The position numbers and the translations under genes were made by a program. DNA of 64,000 bases, taken from assembly GCA_963748625.1 (NCBI GenBank), contig CAVVJT010000008.1, forward strand, positions 32,001 to 96,000, in the 5' to 3' direction. Each line of letters starts with the position of its first letter. Position 1 is the first letter of the stretch. The stretch is from an uncultured Chloroflexia bacterium (GTDB taxonomy: Bacteria > Chloroflexota > Limnocylindria > Limnocylindrales > CSP1-4). The notes below the pieces were generated by a model. That model had not been told where the DNA came from and made no database searches. It was given only the letters and a program-made list of their open reading frames with translations. Below, piece by piece: positions 27,875-36,705 of the stretch.

Positions 27875-29413
27875 CTAGACGTCCGAGTCCGGGAACGACG
27901 CCTTGCGCCTGGCGATGAACTCGGCGAGCGCCTCCGAGACGCCCTCGTCGAGCGCGGGCTGCTCGTACTCGGCCAGCATCTTCTTCCAGATCTTGTTGGC
28001 TCGCGCGGGCGCGTCCAGGGAACCCTCGTCGGCCCACTGCTCGAACGAGTTGTTGTCCGCGATGTCCGAGCGGTAGAACGCGGTCTCGAAGTTGGCCAGC
28101 GTGTGTGCGGTCCCCAGGAAGTGGTTGCCCGGCCCGTTGGTGAGCAGGGTGTCCATCGCCTGGCCGTTCTCGGACATGTCCACGCCGTTGACGAAGACGC
28201 CCATCATCCCGCACTGGTCCGCGTCGAGGATGAACTTCTCGTAGCCCATCGCCAGGCCGCCCTCGAGCCAGCCCGCCGCATGGAGCACGAAGTTGACGCC
28301 GCCGAGCACCGTCGGCTGGAGCGTGGCAGCAGACTCGTAGGCCGCCTGGGCATCGGGGACCTTGGAGGCGCAGAGGGAGCCGCCGGAACGGAAGGGGACG
28401 CCGAGGCGTCGGGCGAGGGCGGCCATCGTGTAGAGGACCAGCGCAGGCTCGGGCGTGCCGAACGTGGGCGCACCCGACTGCATGGAGATGGACGATGCGA
28501 ACGACCCGAAGACGACCGGGGCGCCCGGCCGGACGAGCTGGACGTACGCCATGCCGCCGAGCGCCTCGGCGAGGGTCTGCGTCACGGTCGCCGCCGCGGT
28601 GACCGGGGCCATGGCGCCCGCCAGGATGAAGGGCGTGATCAGGACCGCCTGGTTCGCCTTGGCGTAGGTGCGCGCGGCGCCGAGCATGATCGAGTCCCAG
28701 ACCATCGGCGAGTTCGCGTTGCACAGTGACAGGGTGACCGGATGGTCCTCGAGGTAGTCCGCGCCGAACACGATGCGCGCCATTTCGACGGTGTCCTGCG
28801 CCCGGTCGGGATGCGTGACCGAGCCCATGAACGGCTTGTCGGAGTAGCGCAGATGGGCCTCGACCATGTCGAAGTGGCGCTTGTTGACCGGCAGGTCGGT
28901 CGGCTCGCAGACGGTGCCGCCCGAATGGTGCATGTGCGGGCTGCTGTAGGCGAGCTTCACGAAGTTGCGGAAGTCCTCGATGGTGCCGTACCGGCGGCCA
29001 CCATCGAGATCGCGCACGAATGGCGAGCCGTACGCCGGCGCGAAGACCGTGGCGTCGCCGCCGATCTGCACATTCCGGGCAGGGTTGCGCGCGTACTGGG
29101 TGAACTGGCGCGGGGCGCTCGCCTGGATGATCTGGCGGCACATGCCCCGGGGGAAGCGGACCCGCTCGCCCTCGACATCGGCTCCGGCCGCACGCCAGGT
29201 GGCCAGGGCCTCATCGTCGCGGAACTCGAGGCCGACCTGCTCGAGCAGGATGTCCGCGTTCTCCTCGATCTGGGCGAGTCCCTCCTCGGACATGACCTCG
29301 AACGGCGCCAGCTTCCGGACGAGGAAGGGGACGCCCAGCGTGTGCGCGTGGGCGCGGGCCGCCTGGCGGGCGGCGCGTCCGCCGGACCGGCGATGGGTGG
29401 GCTCTGCGGTCAT
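27875..29413 (-). CDS. Trimethylamine methyltransferase (MttB) superfamily, non-pyrrolysine, #1
   Basis: FAPAYGSPFV, CEPTD, SDKPFMG, ILAGAMAPVT, SGAPTFGTPE, SKVPDAQAAYES, LHAAGWLEGG, GPGNHFLG; no in-frame TAG. Confidence 0.92.
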   Translation of the reverse strand: MTAEPTHRRSGGRAARQAARAHAHTLGVPFLVRKLAPFEVMSEEGLAQIEENADILLEQVGLEFRDDEALATWRAAGADVEGERVRFPRGMCRQIIQASAPRQFTQYARNPARNVQIGGDATVFAPAYGSPFVRDLDGGRRYGTIEDFRNFVKLAYSSPHMHHSGGTVCEPTDLPVNKRHFDMVEAHLRYSDKPFMGSVTHPDRAQDTVEMARIVFGADYLEDHPVTLSLCNANSPMVWDSIMLGAARTYAKANQAVLITPFILAGAMAPVTAAATVTQTLAEALGGMAYVQLVRPGAPVVFGSFASSISMQSGAPTFGTPEPALVLYTMAALARRLGVPFRSGGSLCASKVPDAQAAYESAATLQPTVLGGVNFVLHAAGWLEGGLAMGYEKFILDADQCGMMGVFVNGVDMSENGQAMDTLLTNGPGNHFLGTAHTLANFETAFYRSDIADNNSFEQWADEGSLDAPARANKIWKKMLAEYEQPALDEGVSEALAEFIARRKASFPDSDV

Positions 29414-31560
29414 CGGGACTCCTCCGGGACAGCGGTGGCTTCGGGCTGGCTGGCGTCACTCTGGCTGGCGTCACTCTGGCTGGCGTCACTCTGGGCGGAC
29501 AGAACTGCCGCGGACCCGGCGGGTGCAGCGGGTGCAGCGGACTGCGGGCGCCGGCGCCGGCCGCCCTCGCGCCCCGCTGCGACGGCGAAGCGGGGAGCGG
29601 GCAGGTCCACGGCGGCGGCGAGGTTGGTGGCCGGGGCGCTCTTGTGCGGGATCGCGAGCGCCTCCACGAAGTGCTCCTGGAAGCGGGGCTCCACGGCGGT
29701 CTCGATCTTCTCGACACGCCGGACGACGGCCTCCACCTCGGCGCGCGCGGCGCCCGAGAGGAGCGCGATCAGGGCGCCGGTGCCGGCCGCATTGCCGATC
29801 GACTTCACGTGCTCGAGGTCGCAGTCCGGGACCAGGCCCAGCACCATCGCGTGCTTCGTGTCGATATGGGAGCCGAAGGCGCCTGCCAGGTGGATCTCGT
29901 CCACGGCGTCCACGCCCAGGTGGTCCATGAGGAGCCGCGCGCCGGCGTACAGCGCGGCCTTGGCGAGCTGGATGGCCCGCACGTCGTCCTGGGTGACCAG
30001 GATCCGGGGCGAGCCGTCGTACAGCAGGTAGGAGAAGGTGCGTCCGGAGGCCTCGATGCGCGGCGAGCGCGCCGCCAGTCCGCCGTCGATCACCCCGTCC
30101 GAGGTGAGGATGCCGGCCAGGAAGAGCTCGGCGACCGCCTCGATGATCCCGGAGCCGCAGATGCCGGTGATCCCGGTGTCGGCGACGACCTTGCGGAAGC
30201 CCGGGTGGTCGGACCATCGGTCAGAGCCGATGACCTTGAACCGGGGCTCCAGGGTCACGGGGTCGATGCGCACCCGCTCGATGGCACCGGGCGCGGCGCG
30301 CTGGCCGCTGCTGATCTGGGCGCCCTCGAAGGCGGGGCCGGTGGGCGATGAGGCGGCCAGGAGCCGGTCGCGGTTGCCCAGCACGATCTCGGCGTTGGTG
30401 CCGACATCCACGATCAGCCGGATTGGCGCGGCGGTCTGCGGCTCGTCCGACAGGATCACGCCCGCGGTGTCGGCGCCCACGTGGCCCGCGATGCAGGGCA
30501 GGACGTAGACCCGGGCGCCGGGACGGAGGTGGAGGTCCAACGCCGCCGCCGTCGTCCTCACGGCAGCATCGGTGGCCAGGGCGAACGGCGCGCCGCCCAG
30601 GGGCACGGGGTCCAGCCCCAGCAGCAGGTGGTGCATGATCGGGTTGCCGACGAGCACGAGGTCGACGATGTCGTCCCGCTCCACGCCCGCCTGGGCGACC
30701 AGGCCCGTGAACAGGTCGTCGAGCGCCTCCCGGACGGCGCGCGTCATCTCGGCGGCACCGCCCTCGTTGAGCATCGCGTAGGACACGCGGCTCATGAGGT
30801 CCTCGCCGTACCGGATCTGGGGGTTCATGGCGCCGGCGGAGGCGAGCACCTCGCCCGTGACGAGGTTCGCGATGTGCCCCGCGATCGTCGTGGAGCCGAT
30901 GTCCACGGCGATCCCGAAGACCGCCTCACGCAGCCCCGGCCAGGCGGCAATGACGGCTCGCCCGTCGGGTCCGTCGTGGATCGCCACCGTCACCGCATAC
31001 GAGCCGGCACGGAGCGCGGCGGGCAGGTCGCGGACGACCGCGAGGTCAACGCGCAGGTCGTGCAGGCCCCACTCGCGCTCCAGGGCCGCCAGCAGGCGCT
31101 CCACCTCGCCCGAGGGGATGGCCATGTCCGGCGGCTCCACCTCGACGTAGCGCAGGACGACGACCGGGTCCACCTCGAACCGGCGGAGGTCGAGTGCCTT
31201 GCGGACCACCTGGCGGTGGACCTGGCTCTCGGCCGGGACGTCGATGACGAGGTCGCCCTCGACGGTGATCGCGCACGCGAGGCGGCGACCCTCGGCGAGG
31301 CCCTTGCGCTCGGCGTACTCGCGCTCCTTGGCCGCGGAGCCCGACAGGTTTCCGGGCGCAGACGTGATCCCGTGCTTGGGGAACTCGCCTGTCGCCTGGA
31401 CGACCTGGCAGCGCCCGCAGATGCCGCGCGTGCCACAGACCGAGTCGATGTCCACGCCCAGCGAGCGCGCTGCATCCAGCACGATGGTGCCCGTGGGGAA
31501 CCGGCCCCGCCGCCCCGATGGCGTGAAGACGACCAGCGCGTCTCCGCCCTGCTCAGTCAC
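29410..31560 (-). CDS. ASKHA-domain reductive activator of corrinoid proteins (RACE/RamA-like, DUF4445) with N-terminal 2Fe-2S domain
   Basis: CGTRGICGRC...RLAC, DIGSTT, NPQIRYGEDLMSR, DVGTNAEI, GPAFEG, GICGSG, LAGAFG; likely GTG start at 31560. Confidence 0.9.
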   Translation of the reverse strand: MTEQGGDALVVFTPSGRRGRFPTGTIVLDAARSLGVDIDSVCGTRGICGRCQVVQATGEFPKHGITSAPGNLSGSAAKEREYAERKGLAEGRRLACAITVEGDLVIDVPAESQVHRQVVRKALDLRRFEVDPVVVLRYVEVEPPDMAIPSGEVERLLAALEREWGLHDLRVDLAVVRDLPAALRAGSYAVTVAIHDGPDGRAVIAAWPGLREAVFGIAVDIGSTTIAGHIANLVTGEVLASAGAMNPQIRYGEDLMSRVSYAMLNEGGAAEMTRAVREALDDLFTGLVAQAGVERDDIVDLVLVGNPIMHHLLLGLDPVPLGGAPFALATDAAVRTTAAALDLHLRPGARVYVLPCIAGHVGADTAGVILSDEPQTAAPIRLIVDVGTNAEIVLGNRDRLLAASSPTGPAFEGAQISSGQRAAPGAIERVRIDPVTLEPRFKVIGSDRWSDHPGFRKVVADTGITGICGSGIIEAVAELFLAGILTSDGVIDGGLAARSPRIEASGRTFSYLLYDGSPRILVTQDDVRAIQLAKAALYAGARLLMDHLGVDAVDEIHLAGAFGSHIDTKHAMVLGLVPDCDLEHVKSIGNAAGTGALIALLSGAARAEVEAVVRRVEKIETAVEPRFQEHFVEALAIPHKSAPATNLAAAVDLPAPRFAVAAGREGGRRRRPQSAAPAAPAGSAAVLSAQSDASQSDASQSDASQPEATAVPEESR
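29446..29494. repeat. 15-bp coding repeat x3 (SDASQ)
   Basis: ctggctggcgtcact x3. Confidence 0.9.
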
Positions 31561-31570
31561 AGGATCTGCC

Positions 31571-32470
31571 TCAGCCCGCCTGGCGGCGGCGGTTGACCCT
31601 GCGGCCGCCGTCCTCGCCATCCGGCGGGGCGACGCGGAACTGGCGGATCCAGCGGGCCGCGTCCTGGTCGTTGCCCAGCAGCACGTCCGAGGCCATGACG
31701 GCGTGCTTGACGCCCTCGGCGATCGGGTTGGTGATCGCGGAGGTGAGGCCGTTCGAGATCGCCATCGAGAGGAAGGCGGCGTTGACGCCCTCGCGGTTCG
31801 GCAGGCCGAAGCTCACGTTGGATGCGCCACAGGTCGTGTTGACGCCCAGCTCGTCGCGCAGGCGGGCAAGGAGGCGGAACACGCCCCGGCCGGCGGTGGA
31901 GACGGCGCCGATCGGCATGACGAGCGGATCGACCACGATGTCGTCCTTGGGGATGCCGTAGTCAGCGGCCCGCTCGACGATCCTCTTCGCGACGGCGTAG
32001 CGGACGTCGGGATCCATCGAGATGCCGGTCTCGTCGTTGGAGATGGCCACGACGGCCGCGCCGTACTTCTTGACCAGCGGCAGGACGCGCTCCAGGCGTT
32101 CCTCCTCACCGGTCACGGAGTTCACGAGGGCCTTGCCCTGGTAGACGGCCAGGCCGGCCTCGAGCGCTTCCACGATCGACGAGTCGATCGATAGCGGCAG
32201 GTCCGTGAGCGACTGGACCAGCTGGATCGTCCTGGCGAGGATCGCGGGCTCGTCGGCGAGCGGGATGCCGGCGTTCACGTCGAGCATGTGGGCGCCCGCC
32301 GCGACCTGGGCGAGCACGTCCGATTCGACACGGCTGAAGTCGCCCGCGGCCATCTCCGCGGCCAGGACCTTGCGGCCCGTGGGGTTGATGCGCTCGCCGA
32401 TGATGGCGAAGGGCCGGTCGTCGCCGATCACGACCGTGCGGGTCGCCGACGAGACGATGGTGTGAGCCAA
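31571..32470 (-). CDS. Pterin-binding methyl-THF:corrinoid methyltransferase (AcsE/MtgA-like)
   Basis: IIGERINPTGRK, LDVNAG, LSIDSS, LVNSV, VVDPL, GASNVSFGLP. Confidence 0.9.
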   Translation of the reverse strand: MAHTIVSSATRTVVIGDDRPFAIIGERINPTGRKVLAAEMAAGDFSRVESDVLAQVAAGAHMLDVNAGIPLADEPAILARTIQLVQSLTDLPLSIDSSIVEALEAGLAVYQGKALVNSVTGEEERLERVLPLVKKYGAAVVAISNDETGISMDPDVRYAVAKRIVERAADYGIPKDDIVVDPLVMPIGAVSTAGRGVFRLLARLRDELGVNTTCGASNVSFGLPNREGVNAAFLSMAISNGLTSAITNPIAEGVKHAVMASDVLLGNDQDAARWIRQFRVAPPDGEDGGRRVNRRRQAG

Positions 32471-32578
32471 CGCGGAAGCCTCCTGGGGCCTGGAGCGGTA
32501 GCGGTGGCGCGGGGACGGCGCCGGCCTCTGGTTGCGGAGCGGCCCGGCCGTGACGACCGGGCCCCGGAGCGGTTCGGG

Positions 32579-33253
32579 CTAGGCGACGAGTCTGGTCGCG
32601 GTCTCGGCGGCCACCGCGGCGTCGCGGCAGTACGCGTCGGCGCCGACGGCGTTGGCGAAGTCCTCGTTGAGGGGCGCGCCGCCGACCATCACGATGTACT
32701 TGTCGCGCAGGCCGCGCTCCTTGAGCGTGTCGATGACGACCTTCATGTACGGCATCGTCGTGGTCAGCAACGCCGACATCCCCAGGATGTTGGGCTGGTG
32801 CTCCTCGAGCGCCGCCAGGAACTTGTCGGCGTCGGTGTTGATGCCGAGGTCGATGACCTCGAAGCCCGCGCCCTCGAGCATCATGCCCACGAGGTTCTTG
32901 CCGATGTCGTGGATGTCGCCCTTGACCGTACCGATGACGACCTTGCCCACAGGCTTGGCACCTGTCTCGGCGAGCAGCGGACGCAGGATCGCCATGCCCT
33001 TCTTCATCGCGTTGGCGGCGAGCAGAACCTCGGGGACGAACAGGATGCCGTCGCGGAAGTCCACGCCGACGATCCGCATGCCCTCGACGAGGGCCTCGTT
33101 GAGGACCCGGCTGGGGCTCCAGCCGCGGCCGAGGAGGATGTTGGTGCCCGCGGTGACCTCATCGGCCAGGCCGTCGTACAGATCGTTGTGCATCTGCTCG
33201 ACGAGCTCCTCGTCGGACAGGCTGGCGAGGTCGAGCTCCTGGTCGTCGGTCAT
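32579..33253 (-). CDS. Corrinoid (B12-binding) protein
   Basis: ATG 33253 with GGAGG SD; cap domain GMRIVG..FVPEVL; GTVKGDIHDIGKNLV (DxHxxG); SALLTTTM; VGGAPL. Confidence 0.93.
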   Translation of the reverse strand: MTDDQELDLASLSDEELVEQMHNDLYDGLADEVTAGTNILLGRGWSPSRVLNEALVEGMRIVGVDFRDGILFVPEVLLAANAMKKGMAILRPLLAETGAKPVGKVVIGTVKGDIHDIGKNLVGMMLEGAGFEVIDLGINTDADKFLAALEEHQPNILGMSALLTTTMPYMKVVIDTLKERGLRDKYIVMVGGAPLNEDFANAVGADAYCRDAAVAAETATRLVA

Positions 33254-33336
33254 CCGGCGGCTCCTCCTTGAAGGCCTGGATTCCGGCCGGCGGTGGGACG
33301 TTGCCGCGGCGTCGGGGGGCGGTGCGCATTTCGTGG

Positions 33337-33371
33337 GTTCCACGATGCGGAACAATTCCGTATGATGGAAC
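33337..33371. promoter_or_regulatory. Two tandem TTCC-N7-GGAAC palindromes (putative IclR operators)
   Basis: GTTCCACGATGCGGAAC and ATTCCGTATGATGGAAC between divergent corrinoid operon and iclR. Confidence 0.7.
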
Positions 33372-33406
33372 AGATGGTTGCTGAAGGGTAGAGCAATGGG
33401 GGCGCC

Positions 33407-34168
33407 ATGGCAAGAGTCCAATCGATCGAGCGGGCATTCGACGTGCTCGGCGCGCTCGGCAATGGGCCGCTCGGCGTGACCGGGATCGCGGACCGGGTCG
33501 GCCTGCCGAAGTCGACGGTCGCACGCCTGCTCGACGCGCTGGTCGCCGAGGGCGCGGTGGAGCAGCTCACCGACGGCACCGACTACCGGATCGGGGAACG
33601 ACTCGTGTCCCTGGCGGCGGGCGTCCAGCCCACCCGTTCGCTGATCGCGCTGGCGCGGCCGCACCTGGTCTCCCTGGCTGCCGCGACGGGCGAGGCGTGC
33701 GGCCTGTCGATCGCCGATGGGGACCTGGTCCATTACGTGGACCAGGAGGACAGCCCGCACCCGGTCTCGATCCGGGACTGGACGGGCACCCGCTTCCCGA
33801 TGCACGCCGTGTCCGCCGGTGTGGTGATCCTCGCGCATCGCCGGCCCGACCAGGTGGAGCGGTACCTGGCGGGTCCGCTCGAGCGGCTGACCGGTGCGAC
33901 CGTCGTGGATCCTGGCGCCCTGCGGGAGCGGATCGCGCGCGCACGCGTGGACGGGTTTGCCTGGACGAGCGGGGAGGTGGCCGAGGGGATCACATCGGTC
34001 GCCGCAGCCGTCGCAGACGAGTCCGGCGAGGTGATCGGCGCCGTGCACGTCCACGGGCCGTCCTACCGGTTCCCGGATCCCGAGGACGCGTCGGCCGCGA
34101 GGTCCGTGGAGGTCTGGGTGGTCGCGACGGCAGCGTCGGTCGCGGGGAGCCTCCGCCGGGCCGGCTGA
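33407..34168 (+). CDS. IclR family regulator #1
   Basis: VQSIERAFDVL, GLPKSTVARLL, PMHAVSAG, SVAAAV. Confidence 0.93.
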   Translation: MARVQSIERAFDVLGALGNGPLGVTGIADRVGLPKSTVARLLDALVAEGAVEQLTDGTDYRIGERLVSLAAGVQPTRSLIALARPHLVSLAAATGEACGLSIADGDLVHYVDQEDSPHPVSIRDWTGTRFPMHAVSAGVVILAHRRPDQVERYLAGPLERLTGATVVDPGALRERIARARVDGFAWTSGEVAEGITSVAAAVADESGEVIGAVHVHGPSYRFPDPEDASAARSVEVWVVATAASVAGSLRRAG

Positions 34169-34267
34169 CCAGGTCTCGAGGTGCGGCGCTCGGGACGCCC
34201 ACGGGAGCGGTACGCGATCCCGGAGTGGGCGATGATCGCTCTCACACGCCGCAACGGAGAAGGACCC

Positions 34268-35425
34268 ATGGGCGCGATCGAGGAAGTGATCCGCCACCAG
34301 CTCGACGTGCGCCCGGAGCGCCTCGACCCTGTGCCGGGCAGACCGACCATGAAGGCGGTCGTCACCACCGGCAACGGGGGCCTTGACCGCCTCGTGTACC
34401 GCGATGTCGCGCTCCCCGTGCCCGGCCCCGGCGAGGTCCTTATTCATGTGCTCGCTGCCGGCGTGAACAACACCGAGATCAACACGCGTCTCGGCTGGTA
34501 CTCGTCGTCGGTGACCACCGGCACGGGCGCGGCCTGGGAGGCGGAGGAGCACTGGGCCGTCCAGAAGGCCGACGGCGGTTGGAGCACCCCGACGCCGTTC
34601 CCCTTCATCCAGGGGACGGACTGCTGCGGTCGGGTGGTGGAGCTGGGCCAGGGCGTGGACCCGGACCTGATCGGGAAGCGCATCCTCGTCCGGCCCAACA
34701 TGCGGCCCGACGGCTTCGGGTCCCTGCGCAACGTCTGGATGGCGTCGGAGTTCGACGGTGCCTTCGCCCAGTTCGTGAAGGCGCCCGCGTCCGAGGTCTT
34801 CCCGGTGGAGAGCACCTGGACGGACGTCGAGCTCGGCTCGATCCCGTGCTCCTATGCGACCGCCGAGAACATGATCCACCGGGCGGGTGTCGCAGCCGGC
34901 GACCATGTCCTCGTCACCGGCGCCAGCGGCGGCGTGGGGTCGGCGGCCGTCCAGCTCGCGCGACGCCGCGGCGCCCGGGTCACCGCCATCGCCGCCCGCG
35001 ACAAGGCCGACGCGATCCTCGCCCTGGGCGCAGAGCACGTCCTCGACCGCCACGACGACGTCCTCGCTGCGCTCGGTGTCGAGTCCGTGGACGTCGTGGT
35101 CGACGCCGTCGGCGGGTCCCAGCTCGGCGCGCGGATCGAGACCCTCCTGACCGGCGGGCGCTATGCCATCGCCGGCGCGATCAGCGGCCCGATGGTGATG
35201 CTCGACGCGCGGTCGCTCTACCTGCGCGACATCACCCTGATCGGCTGCACGGCCTGGGACGAGCCAGTCTTCCCGAACCTCGTGGGCTACATCGAGCGTG
35301 GCGAGATCCGTCCGCTCGTCGCGGAGGTGTTCCCGCTGGCCGACATCGCCGCCGCCCAGACCGAGTTCCTCGCGAAGCGGCACGTGGGCAAGCTCGTCCT
35401 CGTGCCGCCGCCCCTGGAGGGATGA
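34268..35425 (+). CDS. MDR superfamily alcohol dehydrogenase/quinone oxidoreductase-like protein
   Basis: AAGVNNTEI, FIQGTDCCG, VLVTGASGGVG, GKLVL. Confidence 0.88.
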   Translation: MGAIEEVIRHQLDVRPERLDPVPGRPTMKAVVTTGNGGLDRLVYRDVALPVPGPGEVLIHVLAAGVNNTEINTRLGWYSSSVTTGTGAAWEAEEHWAVQKADGGWSTPTPFPFIQGTDCCGRVVELGQGVDPDLIGKRILVRPNMRPDGFGSLRNVWMASEFDGAFAQFVKAPASEVFPVESTWTDVELGSIPCSYATAENMIHRAGVAAGDHVLVTGASGGVGSAAVQLARRRGARVTAIAARDKADAILALGAEHVLDRHDDVLAALGVESVDVVVDAVGGSQLGARIETLLTGGRYAIAGAISGPMVMLDARSLYLRDITLIGCTAWDEPVFPNLVGYIERGEIRPLVAEVFPLADIAAAQTEFLAKRHVGKLVLVPPPLEG

Positions 35426-35429
35426 CCGC

Positions 35430-36611
35430 TCAGTTGAGGGGCAGCCGCCGGTAGTGGCCGTCGCTCCAGGGGTCCGTGAAGTGGTTCATCGGCCCGTGCT
35501 CCACGTAGTGCTGGTGCCAGCGGGCCATCCCCTCGCGGTCCAGCTCAACCCCGAGGCCCGGTCCCTCCGGGACGCGGATCACGTTGTCGGTCTGGCGGAA
35601 CGGCCCGTTGACGATCACGTCGCCCACCTGCCATCGGAACAGCGACTGGCTGGGCTCCGTGATGTGGGGCATCGCCGCCACCATGTGCAGGTAGGCGGCA
35701 GTGCAGATCCCGGCATCGCCGCTGTAGCACCAGAAGCCCACGCCCATGGCCTCGCAGGCGCCGATGAACCGGACCGCCCGCGAGATCCCTCCCAGCACCG
35801 CGAAGTTCACGACGATCGTGTCCGGCACGCCGAGCGCGACCGCGCGGCGCAGGTCCGGCACGTGGCTGGAGAACGGGATCGAGGAGTGCTGGCGGAGCGC
35901 CGCCATCTCCTCCCAGGTGCCGACCGGGTCCTCGTAGTTGCGGACGTCGTATGGCTCGAGCTCGCGCAGAACCCGCCGCGCGGTGGTCAGCGACCACTGC
36001 ATGTTGGAGTCGAGGCGAATCATGGCCTTGGGCCCGAGCGCCTCGCGCATGCGCCGGACGGTCTCGACCTCGAGGTCGGGATCGCCCAGGATGAGCTTGC
36101 CCTCGAAGAACGTCGAGCCGTGCTCCTCGCGCATCCGGAGGCAGTAGTCCACGACGGCCTCGGGCGTCATCTCGGCGGGCGTCCCGTCGGCCATGGCCCG
36201 GAAGGAGAAGTACTCGGTGAAGGGGATGTCCTTGCGGACCGCTCCACCGAGCAACTGGTAGAGCGGCTGGCCCCACGCCTTGCCGCGCAGGTCCCACAGC
36301 GCGATCTCGAGCGCGCCGAATGCGCGCACGACGGCGTTGCCGTCGGTGTTCTGGACGATCTGCCAGGGCGGCACGCAGCGTCCCTCGAGATCGGCGATAT
36401 CGAGTGGGTCACAGCCGATGATCCGCTCGGCCAGGCCGCGCAGGGTGGGCAGCAGGTCGTCCGATGGTGCCTCGCCCAGGCCCACCAGGCCCTCGTCGGT
36501 CTCGACCTCCACGATGACCTTGCTCGTCCCCGGGTAGAGCCCGCCCGTCCACAGGAACGGCACGTCGAGCGGGATGTTGACCGGCGTCAGCCGGACCGCG
36601 GTGATCTTCAT
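35430..36611 (-). CDS. Enolase superfamily (MR/MLE, glucarate-dehydratase-like) enzyme
   Basis: VETDEGLVGLGE, ALWDLRGK..GQPLYQLLGG, IRLDSN, NYEDP, VPEGPGLGVELD. Confidence 0.88.
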   Translation of the reverse strand: MKITAVRLTPVNIPLDVPFLWTGGLYPGTSKVIVEVETDEGLVGLGEAPSDDLLPTLRGLAERIIGCDPLDIADLEGRCVPPWQIVQNTDGNAVVRAFGALEIALWDLRGKAWGQPLYQLLGGAVRKDIPFTEYFSFRAMADGTPAEMTPEAVVDYCLRMREEHGSTFFEGKLILGDPDLEVETVRRMREALGPKAMIRLDSNMQWSLTTARRVLRELEPYDVRNYEDPVGTWEEMAALRQHSSIPFSSHVPDLRRAVALGVPDTIVVNFAVLGGISRAVRFIGACEAMGVGFWCYSGDAGICTAAYLHMVAAMPHITEPSQSLFRWQVGDVIVNGPFRQTDNVIRVPEGPGLGVELDREGMARWHQHYVEHGPMNHFTDPWSDGHYRRLPLN

Positions 36612-36705
36612 GTGTCTCGCTCCCGGCGTCGTCGCCTCGTGGCAGCTCCCGAAGGGGGGTGGCCGCCGGCGGAACGCCGCCGGCGGCCACGGGGATCGGC
36701 GGAGG

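Noticed and set aside
31571-32470. Dihydropteroate synthase (folP)
   Set aside because: GERIN and SNVSFGLP motifs plus the corrinoid context indicate a methyl-THF methyltransferase.
32579-35383. 934-aa ORF as one giant corrinoid fusion protein
   Set aside because: The upstream part is antisense to the iclR and MDR genes; the real start is ATG 33253 with its own SD.
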